In this document: in pieces, positions 28,129-37,437 of the stretch | Numbering within the stretch: the first letter of the stretch is position 1 | Layout of the letters: the number at the start of each line of letters is the position of its first letter | Assembly: GCA_903851195.1 (NCBI GenBank) | Contig: CAINNJ010000027.1 | Location: 38,744-102,743, forward strand | Source: an uncultured Acidobacteriia bacterium | GTDB taxonomy: Bacteria > Acidobacteriota > Terriglobia > Bryobacterales > Bryobacteraceae | DNA: 64,000 bases | Direction of reading: 5' to 3' | The notes under the pieces: model-generated | Database searches by the model: none | The model's input: only the letters and a program-made list of their open reading frames with translations | What the model was told of the DNA's origin: nothing | Position numbers and translations under genes: made by a program

Positions 28129-28161
28129 CCCGTCATGAGGACGGGAGTATCAGGCAAAGGA
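28129..28161 (+). promoter_or_regulatory. putative CsrA binding sites in the fliC 5' leader
   Basis: Hairpin CCCGTC-ATGAG-GACGGG (28129-28145) carries a GGA at 28139-41. A second GGA (28159-61) lies in the AAGGA Shine-Dalgarno, 9 nt before ATG 28170. Confidence 0.5.
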
Positions 28162-28169
28162 CGCAAAGA

Positions 28170-29675
28170 ATGTCGTTATCAATCCAGACGAACGTAGCCT
28201 CGCTCACGGCGCAGAACAACATTCGGGTGAACAGCAATTTTCAAAGCACTACGATCCAGAGGCTTTCTTCAGGTTTTCGGATCACTTCCTCCGCGGACGA
28301 CGCCGCCGGCCTTGCGGTCGCGAACAAATATCGCGGCGATACTGCGGAACTCACGCAGGGGGTACTGAACGCCAACAACGGTGTGAGTTCGCTCCAGATT
28401 GTGGACGGCGGTATCAACAACATCGCGGCCATTCTGGATCGCCTGCGGACGCTGGCCACGCAGTCGGCCTCGGCCACATTCACCGGGGATCGGGGTACCC
28501 TGAACACCGAGTACCAGGGGTTACTGACCGAAGTCAACCGGCAGGCATCCAACATTAAGCTGAACACGGGCGGTACGTTTAATACGAATCTGGTGACCTA
28601 TATCGGGGGCGGCACAAGCGCTGCCAACGCGCAGATTGCCGTCGATCTGAGCGGCACGAACAATGCGGTCGACGGCGCGGCTCTCGGCATCTCGACAACC
28701 AGCATCGCCGGAGGCGGGACTCAGATTGGGGGCAACACCGTTCGGCTGGACAACACGGCAGCGGTCTTTCTCACGGGGACCAGTCAGTCCTTTACGTTTC
28801 ACCTCAACACCGGCACGGGTAATCAGGACATTACTGCAACGGTCGCGGGAGGCGGAAGCGGTCTTTCCGGTACGCAGGTGATCGACAACCTGAATACGTC
28901 GTTGCAGGCATACGGCATCACGGCGTCGATCGCCGCCAACGGCACACTGCAGTTCGGGGGCGCGACAGGCTATACCGTTTCGACAACCGCGGCCGGCACC
29001 GGACCGATCGCCAATACCGGCACGGCCGTGAATAGTGCAGACTACTCGATCACCAGCGGAACTTTCGCGGGCTTTGCCGCGGGAGGCGGTGTGGCGAGCT
29101 CGGAAAGCTTCACCATCCAGAACGCCGGTGGGGCGTACAACATCAACCTCACCTCGGCCAACGCGGACACGCTTGCGAATACGCTGACGACTCTGAATAC
29201 AGCTCTTGCCAACACCGGCATTGTGGCCGTAAAGGCCGCGAACGGTAATGATATTACGTTGCAGAGTTCGAGTGCCTTCAGTGTGAATGAGACCGCTTTC
29301 GCCGCCGGCACGGGCGGCGGGACCGGCAGTGTCTTCGGGGCGGTAGGCGCTCAGGCCGTCACTCCGGCTGCCAATACGGCATCGAACACCGGGAATGCGA
29401 TTGCCGCACTGACAGCCTTGCAGACCGCCGTGGACAATTTGGGCCTGGTACAGGGAAAAGTCGGCGCGGGAGTGAATCGTTTGAATTACGCGGTGAATCT
29501 CGCCCAGTCTCAGATCACCAACTATTCGGCGGCGCAGGCGGGAATTCGCGACGCCGACGTGGCCTCCGAGGCGGCGAATCTGACCAAGGCGCAGGTGTTG
29601 CAGCAGGCCTCGATTGCGGCGCTGGCACAGGCGAACTCGGCGCCGCAGGCAGTCCTGTCTCTCCTGAAGGGCTAG
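28170..29675 (+). CDS. fliC: flagellin
   Basis: 501 aa with conserved D0/D1 ends (MSLSIQTNVASLTAQNN..RLSSGFRITSSADDAAGLAVANK.. / ..IRDADVASEAANLTKAQVLQQASIAALAQAN) and a Thr/Gly/Ala-rich variable centre. Confidence 0.97.
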   Translation: MSLSIQTNVASLTAQNNIRVNSNFQSTTIQRLSSGFRITSSADDAAGLAVANKYRGDTAELTQGVLNANNGVSSLQIVDGGINNIAAILDRLRTLATQSASATFTGDRGTLNTEYQGLLTEVNRQASNIKLNTGGTFNTNLVTYIGGGTSAANAQIAVDLSGTNNAVDGAALGISTTSIAGGGTQIGGNTVRLDNTAAVFLTGTSQSFTFHLNTGTGNQDITATVAGGGSGLSGTQVIDNLNTSLQAYGITASIAANGTLQFGGATGYTVSTTAAGTGPIANTGTAVNSADYSITSGTFAGFAAGGGVASSESFTIQNAGGAYNINLTSANADTLANTLTTLNTALANTGIVAVKAANGNDITLQSSSAFSVNETAFAAGTGGGTGSVFGAVGAQAVTPAANTASNTGNAIAALTALQTAVDNLGLVQGKVGAGVNRLNYAVNLAQSQITNYSAAQAGIRDADVASEAANLTKAQVLQQASIAALAQANSAPQAVLSLLKG

Positions 29676-29796
29676 GCACGATAAGAAACCTGGGCGGCTG
29701 AAGAGGAAAGCAGTCCGGTGGAATCGGACGCGGTGTTTCCGGCGGGTGCTGTGAACTCCGCGTTCGGTGAGCGAAGAATATCGACGGAAGCAGACT

Positions 29797-31188
29797 ATGT
29801 CATCATCCATTTCGCCGCTCGCCCAGAGCTTTACCGGCGTCAGCAAGTTCGCAAGCAGTTTGCAGTCCGTGCTGAGCCGGGCCGTGTCCATTGCTTCTCT
29901 GCCGCTCGACTCCCTGAACGCCGGCCTCACCACCCTCCAGAACCGGCAGTCTGCCCTGCAGGGTTTGGAGGCTCCCTTCTTGTCTCTGCAACAATCCATC
30001 AGCTCCTTACAAAACACGGTCCAAACGGGACTGCTCAGTTCCTCTGTGTCCGACGCCAGTATCCTTACTGCCAACGTGCAGCAGGGCGCGCTGGCGGGCT
30101 CTTATTCGATCGAAGTGCAGAATCTCGGCTCCTGGTCGACGGCTCTCAGCAGTGCCGGGGCGAGTCCGGTTACCGATCCGACGAAACAGGGCATCTCGGC
30201 CGACACGACCCTCACCTTGCAGACGGGCAGCGCTTCCACTGTCATCACACCCGGCTCCACGACGCTGCAGGGCCTGGTTCAGGCCATCAATACACAGGCG
30301 GGCGACAAGGTCCAGGCGACCCTGGTGAACGTGGGATCGAGCGGTTCGCCGGACTACCGCCTCGCGTTGCGCGCCGTCAATCTGGGTTCCGACGCGATTG
30401 ACCTCACGGACAGTTCCGGGGATCTGATCTCCAGTTCCACGACGGGCGCACTGGCGAGTTATCAAGTCGCGGGCCTTGGCAGCAGCATCACCAGTACCTC
30501 CCGCACCGTGACCCTGGCGCCCGGTCTCACGGTAAACCTCACCGGACAAAGCCCCACCGGCCAGGCCACAACCATTCACGTTGCGAACAGCCCGGCGGCA
30601 CTGGCTTCCGCTTTCAGTTCGCTGGCCACCTCCTACAACGCGGCGGTCGATGCCCTCGCGCAAAGCCACGGATCGAATGCAGGCCCCCTGCAAGGGGAAA
30701 GTCTTGTGCAGTCGTTGTCACGTGTTCTGAACCAGTTGGGCACGTACACGAACGGGTCCCCCGCCGCATCGCTCGCCAACTACGGCATTACCCTGGACCA
30801 GACCGGTCATCTTTCCGTGAACACGGCCACTTTTTCCGCGGCGGCCGATGCGAACTTTTCGGGTCTGCTTTCCACCCTGGGCAGCTCCGGCACATCGGGC
30901 TTTCTGAAAACCGCAACCGACCTGCTGGCCGGTGTGGAAGACCCGGTCACGGGCAGTCTCAAGACGGAAGAGTCCACGGTCGCGGATTCCATTACGGCAC
31001 AGCAGAAGCGCATCACCGATGAACAGGCCGTGGTTGCGAGTCTGCAGCAAAACCTCACGGCGCAGATCGCGAAGGCGGACTCCACCATCGCCTCTCTCGA
31101 AAGCCAGGTCAGTTACGTAACGGGTCTGTTCGCCGCTTACAACGGGACTTCTTCCACCAGCACTTCGAATGGCCTGTCTACCCTTTAA
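29797..31188 (+). CDS. fliD: flagellar filament cap protein FliD
   Basis: ORF 29767..31188; start at MSSSISPLAQSFTGV. Coiled-coil N and C termini, positioned after fliC. Confidence 0.88.
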   Translation: MSSSISPLAQSFTGVSKFASSLQSVLSRAVSIASLPLDSLNAGLTTLQNRQSALQGLEAPFLSLQQSISSLQNTVQTGLLSSSVSDASILTANVQQGALAGSYSIEVQNLGSWSTALSSAGASPVTDPTKQGISADTTLTLQTGSASTVITPGSTTLQGLVQAINTQAGDKVQATLVNVGSSGSPDYRLALRAVNLGSDAIDLTDSSGDLISSSTTGALASYQVAGLGSSITSTSRTVTLAPGLTVNLTGQSPTGQATTIHVANSPAALASAFSSLATSYNAAVDALAQSHGSNAGPLQGESLVQSLSRVLNQLGTYTNGSPAASLANYGITLDQTGHLSVNTATFSAAADANFSGLLSTLGSSGTSGFLKTATDLLAGVEDPVTGSLKTEESTVADSITAQQKRITDEQAVVASLQQNLTAQIAKADSTIASLESQVSYVTGLFAAYNGTSSTSTSNGLSTL

Positions 31189-31480
31189 GCCCGGTGATTT
31201 GCCGGAACGCCTCATGGACGCGGCGCGGTCGGGCGACTGGGACGCCGCGGAACGCGCTGCCACAGCGCTTTCCGAACAGCCGGTTCCGGACGGGCGCGAC
31301 GCTCTGCGCGGCCATCTTCGGGACCTGCGCGAGGCGTTGATCGTAGCCAGGGCCTGCCGCGCCGGCCTGTATCAGTCGGCAAACCGCCTGGCGGCCGCGG
31401 CGCGCTTCCAAAGACTCGCGGTGGAAGCTCCCGGTTCCGGCGCGGCGAGCCAAAATCCTGGCGAGGCGACGGAATTATGA
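31169..31480 (+). CDS. hypothetical protein, possibly FliT-like chaperone
   Basis: 103 aa (shorter if it starts at MDAARSG). The ..AARSGDWDAAERAA.. helix resembles the FliT ..GEWD.. motif, and the ORF follows fliD. Weak evidence. Confidence 0.3.
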   Translation: MACLPFKPGDLPERLMDAARSGDWDAAERAATALSEQPVPDGRDALRGHLRDLREALIVARACRAGLYQSANRLAAAARFQRLAVEAPGSGAASQNPGEATEL

Positions 31481-31552
31481 CAGGGGCCAATCCGCATGAT
31501 CCAAGGAATTACAGGCATTTGTACGCGGCGCTTGCCGTGCATACTGTCCGGC

Positions 31553-31894
31553 ATGTCGCTCGATCGTGTCGGTCTTCAGCTCGGCAACTACCTCAGCTAT
31601 CTGTCGCGCCGCCAGGAGGCCATCTCGTCCAATATCGCCAACGCCGATACTCCCGGTTATCGGACAATCGACATCGCGCCCCCGCCATCGTTCTCTTCAG
31701 CATTCGCGCAAGTGACGCCTGTCGCGGAAGAGGCACCGGGTCTGGCGAGCCGCAACGACGGCAATAACGTCAGCATGGATCGCGAATCCCGTCTGCTCGC
31801 GGAGGGAACCCTCCGGTTCAGCCTGGCCACTCAGATGTTGCGCGCCGAGATCAAAGACGTTCGGTCCGCCATCGAAGAAGGGCGCGCGCAGTGA
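31553..31894 (+). CDS. flgB: flagellar rod protein FlgB
   Basis: ORF 31496..31894; start at MSLDRVGLQL. RRQEAISSNIANADTPGYR signature. Confidence 0.9.
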   Translation: MSLDRVGLQLGNYLSYLSRRQEAISSNIANADTPGYRTIDIAPPPSFSSAFAQVTPVAEEAPGLASRNDGNNVSMDRESRLLAEGTLRFSLATQMLRAEIKDVRSAIEEGRAQ

Positions 31895-32328
31895 GCCTCT
31901 TCGGAGCCATCTCGGTCAGCGCGTCGGGCATGGAGGCCCAGCGCATCCGCGCGGAACTGATCACGGAAAATCTGGCCAATGCCGATACGACGCGCACTCC
32001 CCAGGGCGGTCCGTACCGGCGGAAAGATGCCGTATTCACGGCTTCTCCGATCGAAGGCTCTTTCGCGCAAACGCTCGCCGGGTTCACGGCCGGCGCGCAA
32101 CAGGGCGTTGCGGTTTCCCAAATCACTGTCGACGACGGCGAGCCGGAGCGGCGCTATCTCCCGGGCCATCCGGATGCCGATCCACTCGGTTACGTGGCGT
32201 TTCCGAAAATCAGTCCGGCCGAAGAGATGGTCAATCTGATGGGCGCCTCGCGGGGCTATGAGGCTAATGTGGCCGCGATCTCGTCCGCCAAAGACATGAT
32301 CGCCCGCTCCATCGACCTGTTCCGCTAG
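31891..32328 (+). CDS. flgC: flagellar rod protein FlgC
   Basis: 145 aa; ITENLANADTTRTP ... VNLMGASRGYEANVAAISSAKDM. Confidence 0.95.
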   Translation: MSLFGAISVSASGMEAQRIRAELITENLANADTTRTPQGGPYRRKDAVFTASPIEGSFAQTLAGFTAGAQQGVAVSQITVDDGEPERRYLPGHPDADPLGYVAFPKISPAEEMVNLMGASRGYEANVAAISSAKDMIARSIDLFR

Positions 32329-32334
32329 GCAGCC

Positions 32335-32625
32335 ATGAATATTTCCCTCACTCCCCTCGCGACCGTCCTGCCTGAACCGGCCCGTGTCGTCGGCCCAACC
32401 GCCGGCACCGGATTCGCCGATGCCATCGCTTCCGCCATCGGTCAGGTGGAGACGGCGCAAACGGGCGCGAAATCCGCGGCGCGGGATTTGTTGTACGACG
32501 GCACGGGCGACATCCACAACGTCGCTCTCCTTTCGCAGCGGGCGGCCCTTTCGGTCGAACTCTTCCAGCAGGTACGCAATAAATTCGTTTCCGCCTATCA
32601 GGAAATCATGAAAATGCCGATGTAG
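32335..32625 (+). CDS. fliE: flagellar hook-basal body protein FliE
   Basis: 96 aa; ..DIHNVALLSQRAALSVELFQQVRNKFVSAYQEIMKMPM. Confidence 0.9.
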   Translation: MNISLTPLATVLPEPARVVGPTAGTGFADAIASAIGQVETAQTGAKSAARDLLYDGTGDIHNVALLSQRAALSVELFQQVRNKFVSAYQEIMKMPM

Positions 32626-32659
32626 TTGTATGCCGCCGCTCTGAACATCCCTCAAGGCC

Positions 32660-34342
32660 ATGAATCAACTCGCGCAGATCTGGGCGTCCCTGAGCACCGT
32701 GCAGCGTATCTCGCTGATCGCGGTGCCGTTGCTTGTCGGCGTGGCGGCCTGGGGACTGGTGCGTTGGAAGCACGAGCGCGACTTTCGCCCGCTTTACAGC
32801 GGCATGGCGCCCGAGGACGCCGCAGCCGTTACCCGAAAATTGCAGGAGGCCGGAATTGAGTACCGGCTGGACGAGACCGGTAGCGGAATCGCTGTGCTTT
32901 CCTCCCGTCTTGCCGACGCGCGCCTCGCGCTGGCAGCCGCCGGCCTGCCGAAGTCGGGTCGTCCGGGCTATGAGCTTCTGGAGAAGCTGAGCTTCGGGGT
33001 GAGCGACACGATCGAAGCAGCCACCTTGCACCGCGCTCTCGAAGGCGAAATCGAGCGGACGGTGGCGACGCTTTCGGAGATCGACCAGGCCCGCATCCAT
33101 CTCACGTTCCCGAAAGAATCCGTGTTTCTCGATCCCCGGCAACCCGCCAAAGCCACCGTGGTGCTCCGGCTGAAACGCGGCGCCCACTTGTCCGCCGCGA
33201 ACGTCAGCGCAATCGCGTACCTCGTGGCGAGCGCCGTGGACGGCCTCGCCCCGGAGACAGTTGCGGTGATCGACGATGCCGGCCGTCTTCTGAACCGCCC
33301 TCAGGAACCCGGAGACACCGACGCGAGGGCCGCCGACGCGAACGTCATTTTCCGCCGTGAGATAGAAACGGATATCCTGACGCGAATCAACGCCGCGCTG
33401 GAGCATCTGGTTGGAGCGGGCAAGTTTCACGCCGGAATTCACGTGGATTGCGATTTCACCAGCGCCGAGCAAAGCGAAGAAACCTACGATTCCTTCAAAT
33501 CTGCGGTCCTGACGTCGCAGACTACCGAGGAATCCACGGCGGGCGCGATGGCTGCGGGAACTCCCGGCACCGCGTCGAACCTGCCGCAGCCGCCGCCCCG
33601 TGGCACGGCCGGATCTTCCGGCCTGACCAGACGAACCGAGAATTTCGCCTACCAGCCCGGTCATGTCATGCGCCGGATACATTCTCCAAAAGGCACGGTC
33701 CGACGAATTTCGACCGCGGTGCTGGTGGACCAGATGGTTCACTGGGAGGGCAGCGGCCGAAAAATTAAAAAGACGATCACCCCCCCGGCGCCGGAAGTTC
33801 TGAAGGCGATCCACGACATCGTCGCGGGAATTACGGGATTCGATGAATCGCGCGGCGACCAGATTACGGTGGAAACACTGCCCTTCGAAAATACCCTCTC
33901 GGCGGAACCTCCCCCCTCTGCCGAGCCACCCGCCGCACAACCTAAAACCGAGTTCCGGCAGCCAGTGGTGTTGGGCAGCGCCGCGGTGCTTCTTCTTCTG
34001 GTCCTGGTCATCGGGTTCTTCCTGCTGCGCAGAACGCAGCGCCCCGCATCTGTTGCACAGGACACCGCGCCCGCGGCCCTCCCCGTCGCGGAAGACACCG
34101 GCAAGCCGCTGGCGCCGCCCGAAACCCCGGACGAACGACTGGAGAGGAATATGGTGGAGAACCAGGCTGAACAGGCGCAACTGGAAGCGCAGGCCCTGAG
34201 CCACATCAAATTGCCGGCCAACACCAGGAAGACCGAGGTGCTGGTCAAACATATCCGGGAATCCGTGCAGCGCGATCCAGGCGCCGCCGCCAACGTGCTC
34301 CGGACCTGGGTGGCGGAGCTCGACACCCGGAGGCCGGGATGA
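32660..34342 (+). CDS. fliF: flagellar MS-ring protein FliF
   Basis: 560 aa with N-terminal TM, ..RPLYSGMAPEDAAAVTRKLQEAGIEYRL.., and a second TM near the C-terminus. Confidence 0.95.
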   Translation: MNQLAQIWASLSTVQRISLIAVPLLVGVAAWGLVRWKHERDFRPLYSGMAPEDAAAVTRKLQEAGIEYRLDETGSGIAVLSSRLADARLALAAAGLPKSGRPGYELLEKLSFGVSDTIEAATLHRALEGEIERTVATLSEIDQARIHLTFPKESVFLDPRQPAKATVVLRLKRGAHLSAANVSAIAYLVASAVDGLAPETVAVIDDAGRLLNRPQEPGDTDARAADANVIFRREIETDILTRINAALEHLVGAGKFHAGIHVDCDFTSAEQSEETYDSFKSAVLTSQTTEESTAGAMAAGTPGTASNLPQPPPRGTAGSSGLTRRTENFAYQPGHVMRRIHSPKGTVRRISTAVLVDQMVHWEGSGRKIKKTITPPAPEVLKAIHDIVAGITGFDESRGDQITVETLPFENTLSAEPPPSAEPPAAQPKTEFRQPVVLGSAAVLLLLVLVIGFFLLRRTQRPASVAQDTAPAALPVAEDTGKPLAPPETPDERLERNMVENQAEQAQLEAQALSHIKLPANTRKTEVLVKHIRESVQRDPGAAANVLRTWVAELDTRRPG

Positions 34343-34358
34343 CCCAGGGAGAACCGGG

Positions 34359-35393
34359 ATGATTGCCAACGCCACCGCTAAACCCGCCGAATTGTTGAGC
34401 GGCGTCCGCAAGGCGGCCATGCTGCTGGTTCTGCTGGGCGACAAAGTCAGCGCCGAGATGGTGAAACAACTCAACGACGACGAGGTGCAGATGGTTGCCC
34501 GCGAAGTCGCTCGTCTGGAAGCCATCTCTTCGGAAGATGCCGAAGTGCTGCTCGAGGAGTTTTACCAGATGACGATGGCGCACGATTTCGTCGTGCGCGG
34601 CGGCCTCGACTACGCGAAAAAGATGCTGATGACGGCGTTCGGGCCGGATGTCGCGAAAAAACTCATCGACCGTCTCTCGAAAGCCCTGGGCGGTGATTAC
34701 GCCAATCTGGACATTCTGCAGAAGGCCGATCCGCAGCAACTCGCCAAATTTATTCACAACGAGCACCCCCAGACCATCGCGCTGGTGCTCTCCCATCTCA
34801 ACGCCTCGCAGGCCGCGGGTCTCCTGGTGTCCCTGCCGCCCGAACTCCGTTCCGACGTGGCGCTGCGGATGGCCAATCTCGACCAGATTTCCCCGGAGAT
34901 CGTGAACAAAATCGCCTCGGTGATCGGCCAGAAACTGCAGGCGATCGGCGAGTTCAGCCGTGAGTCGTACGGCGGGGTGCGCGCCGTCTCGGAAATGTTC
35001 AACCGCCTCGATTCCGGCAGCAGCAAAGAAATTCTGGAGGTCATCGAACGCCACAATCCCAACCTTGTCGAAACCATCCGCCATCTGATGTTCGTCTTCG
35101 AGGATCTTCTGCTGATCGACGTCAACCAGCTGAAAGAGATCCTCGCGCGGGTGGATCGCAAAGCGCTCACGCTCGCGCTCAAGGGCACCAGCGACGCCCT
35201 CAAAGATCACTTCTTCGCCACTATGTCCGCGCGCGCCGTGGAAATGATGAAAGAGGATATCGAGGCGCTGGGCCCGGTTCGCATTAAGGAAGTGGAAACC
35301 GCTCAGCAGCAGATCATTACCATCGTCCGGCAACTGGAAACCGAAGGCGTCATCACCATGAAGGGCACGGTGGGTGAGCAGTATGTTGTCTAG
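34359..35393 (+). CDS. fliG: flagellar motor switch protein FliG
   Basis: 344 aa; GVRKAAMLLVLLGD.., MFVFEDL motif, C-terminal torque helix region. Confidence 0.96.
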   Translation: MIANATAKPAELLSGVRKAAMLLVLLGDKVSAEMVKQLNDDEVQMVAREVARLEAISSEDAEVLLEEFYQMTMAHDFVVRGGLDYAKKMLMTAFGPDVAKKLIDRLSKALGGDYANLDILQKADPQQLAKFIHNEHPQTIALVLSHLNASQAAGLLVSLPPELRSDVALRMANLDQISPEIVNKIASVIGQKLQAIGEFSRESYGGVRAVSEMFNRLDSGSSKEILEVIERHNPNLVETIRHLMFVFEDLLLIDVNQLKEILARVDRKALTLALKGTSDALKDHFFATMSARAVEMMKEDIEALGPVRIKEVETAQQQIITIVRQLETEGVITMKGTVGEQYVV

Positions 35394-36081
35394 GATCATC
35401 AGCAGCCGGGACGCCGACAGAGCCGGGCTCACCGCCTTCCAGCCACCAAATCTGCCTGGTTCAGCGCCTCCCGCTTCGCGGGATTCAAAAATGCCGGACC
35501 CGTCCGGCCAGGCTGCCGGCGAAGCGGAAACTCAGGCGCTGCGGGAAAAAGTGCATCAACTCCAGGCGGAGCTGGAAGCCGCCAGGCGCGACTGCTTTGA
35601 AGCGGGCCGCAGGCAGGGGGAGCGCCAGGGCGAGCAGCAGGCGCGCGCCGAGCTGGGACCGGTGATCGAGCGCATAAATGCTTCGGTCAACGAACTGACC
35701 TCTTTGCGCGCGGAAATGCGTCATCGCGCAGAGGGAGATGTCGTTCAACTCGCCCTGCTCATCGCGCGGCGCGTGCTGCACCGGGAACTCAGCGTCGATC
35801 CCGGCGCCCTCACCGCGCTTGCCCGCGTGGTGTTCGAACGCATGGCGCGCGCGGAATCGTACTGCATTACCGTCCACCCCGGCTTCGTGGCCGCCATCCG
35901 AAATGCGCTGCCTGCCGGCCAGACCGGCAGCGTGCGCATCGAGCCCGACCCCGCCTGTGCCGCCGGAACGCTGATTCTCCGCTCGGAGGAAGGCGTGACC
36001 GACGCTTCGGTGGATTCGCAACTGGAAGAGATCAGCCGCGGCCTCGCCGACCGTCTGGCCCATTCCGGAGCGAACAAATGA
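35374..36081 (+). CDS. fliH: flagellar export ATPase regulator FliH
   Basis: 235 aa with a coiled-coil centre (..ELEAARRDCFEAGRRQGERQGEQQARAEL..), between fliG and fliI. Confidence 0.8.
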   Translation: MSSMLSRIISSRDADRAGLTAFQPPNLPGSAPPASRDSKMPDPSGQAAGEAETQALREKVHQLQAELEAARRDCFEAGRRQGERQGEQQARAELGPVIERINASVNELTSLRAEMRHRAEGDVVQLALLIARRVLHRELSVDPGALTALARVVFERMARAESYCITVHPGFVAAIRNALPAGQTGSVRIEPDPACAAGTLILRSEEGVTDASVDSQLEEISRGLADRLAHSGANK

Positions 36082-37424
36082 CACCAGCCCCCCCGGCTTC
36101 CACTCCCATTGACTTCAGCCGCTACACCCAGGCGGTGCTGCGCATCGATTCCGTGCGGATGGAAGGCGAAGTGGTCGCGCTGGTCGGCCTCATCGTGGAA
36201 TCACGGGGCCCGGCCTGCGCCATCGGCGATTTCTGCGAGATCCGCACGCGTACCGGCCGGGCAATCCGCTGTCAGGTGATCGGCTTCCGCAATGGACGGG
36301 TTCTTTCCATGCCGCTCGAAGATACCGGCGGACTCTGCCTCGGCGACCCGATCGTGGCGCGCGGCAGCGAAAGCGATATCGATGTTTCCGCGCAACTCCC
36401 CGGCCGCGTACTCGATGGCTTCGGCAAGCCTATGGACGGCAGCCCGCCGGTGCTCTCCCTCGAAACCCGCCCGCTCTACGCGACGCCACCCAATCCGCTT
36501 ACGCGTGCCCACATCGACGAGCGGCTCGCCACCGGCATCCGCGTCATCGACGGCCTGCTTCCCTGTGGCAAAGGGCAGCGCGTCGGCATCTTCGGCGGCA
36601 GCGGCGTCGGCAAGAGCACGCTCCTCGGTTCCATGGCCCGCTCAAGCGCGGCTGACGTGAATGTGATCGCTCTCATCGGGGAGCGAAATCGCGAGGTACG
36701 CGAGTTTCTGGAACACGACCTGGGCGAGGAAGGCAGGAAGCGCTCGGTGGTCGTCGTCGCCACCTCCGATCAGCCGGCCCCCCTGCGCGTCCGAGCCTGC
36801 TTCGTCGCGCTCGCCGTGGCCGAATACTTCCGGGACCAGGGCAAAGACGTGCTTCTCGTCATGGACTCCATCACGCGGCTCGCCATGGCGCAGCGCGAAA
36901 TCGGCCTCGCTGCCGGCGAGCCTCCCAGCCAGAAAGGCTATACCCCTTCCGTATTTAGTCTGCTGCCGAAGATCTGCGAGCGCGCCGGGAACTTCGCCAT
37001 GGGCTCCATCACCGCCTTCTTCACCGTGCTCGTCGAGGGTGACGACTTTAATGAGCCGATCTGTGACGCCGTTCGTTCCATTCTGGACGGTCATATCACT
37101 CTCGCCCGCGAACTGGGTTCCGCCGGCCACTACCCCGCCATTCAGGTGCTGGACTCCGTCAGCCGCCTGCAGTCGAAGCTCGCCACACCGGCCGAGGCGG
37201 AACACGCGCGGCGGATCCGCGAGGCGCTCGCGCTCTACCGCCAGTCGGAGGATCTCATTAATCTCGGCGCCTACGTTTCCGGCTCGAATCCCCGCCTCGA
37301 TTCGGCCATTCGGACGCGATCGGAGATCCTGCGCTTCCTGCGGCAGGGGGCGCGCGAGGTGTCGGGCGTGGACGACACAATCCGGCAGATGCAAGCCGTG
37401 GCCGATCTGGTGCACGCGAAGTGA
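36078..37424 (+). CDS. fliI: flagellum-specific ATPase FliI
   Basis: 448 aa; Walker A GGSGVGKST, Walker B VLLVMDSITR. Confidence 0.97.
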   Translation: MTPAPPASTPIDFSRYTQAVLRIDSVRMEGEVVALVGLIVESRGPACAIGDFCEIRTRTGRAIRCQVIGFRNGRVLSMPLEDTGGLCLGDPIVARGSESDIDVSAQLPGRVLDGFGKPMDGSPPVLSLETRPLYATPPNPLTRAHIDERLATGIRVIDGLLPCGKGQRVGIFGGSGVGKSTLLGSMARSSAADVNVIALIGERNREVREFLEHDLGEEGRKRSVVVVATSDQPAPLRVRACFVALAVAEYFRDQGKDVLLVMDSITRLAMAQREIGLAAGEPPSQKGYTPSVFSLLPKICERAGNFAMGSITAFFTVLVEGDDFNEPICDAVRSILDGHITLARELGSAGHYPAIQVLDSVSRLQSKLATPAEAEHARRIREALALYRQSEDLINLGAYVSGSNPRLDSAIRTRSEILRFLRQGAREVSGVDDTIRQMQAVADLVHAK

Positions 37425-37437
37425 CGGTCCGCGGCCG

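Noticed and set aside
29676-29690. GCACGATAA after the fliC stop as a sigma-28 -10 box for fliD.
   Set aside because: It has one mismatch in the core, and there is no TAAA-like -35 at 15-16 nt (GTCT/TCTC instead). fliD may simply be read through from fliC.
32606-34525. Very long antisense or alternative-frame ORFs. Examples: 639 aa opposite fliF; 707 aa at 59476..61599 and 680 aa at 61807..63849 opposite the giant gene; 519 aa at 4475..6034 opposite flgI; 517 aa at 28521..30074 opposite fliC/fliD; 483 aa at 15483..16934 opposite flhA.
   Set aside because: Their translations are Arg/Gly/Pro/His-rich with no motifs, and each lies opposite a gene with unmistakable family signatures. Stop-codon-poor antisense frames are expected in GC-rich DNA.
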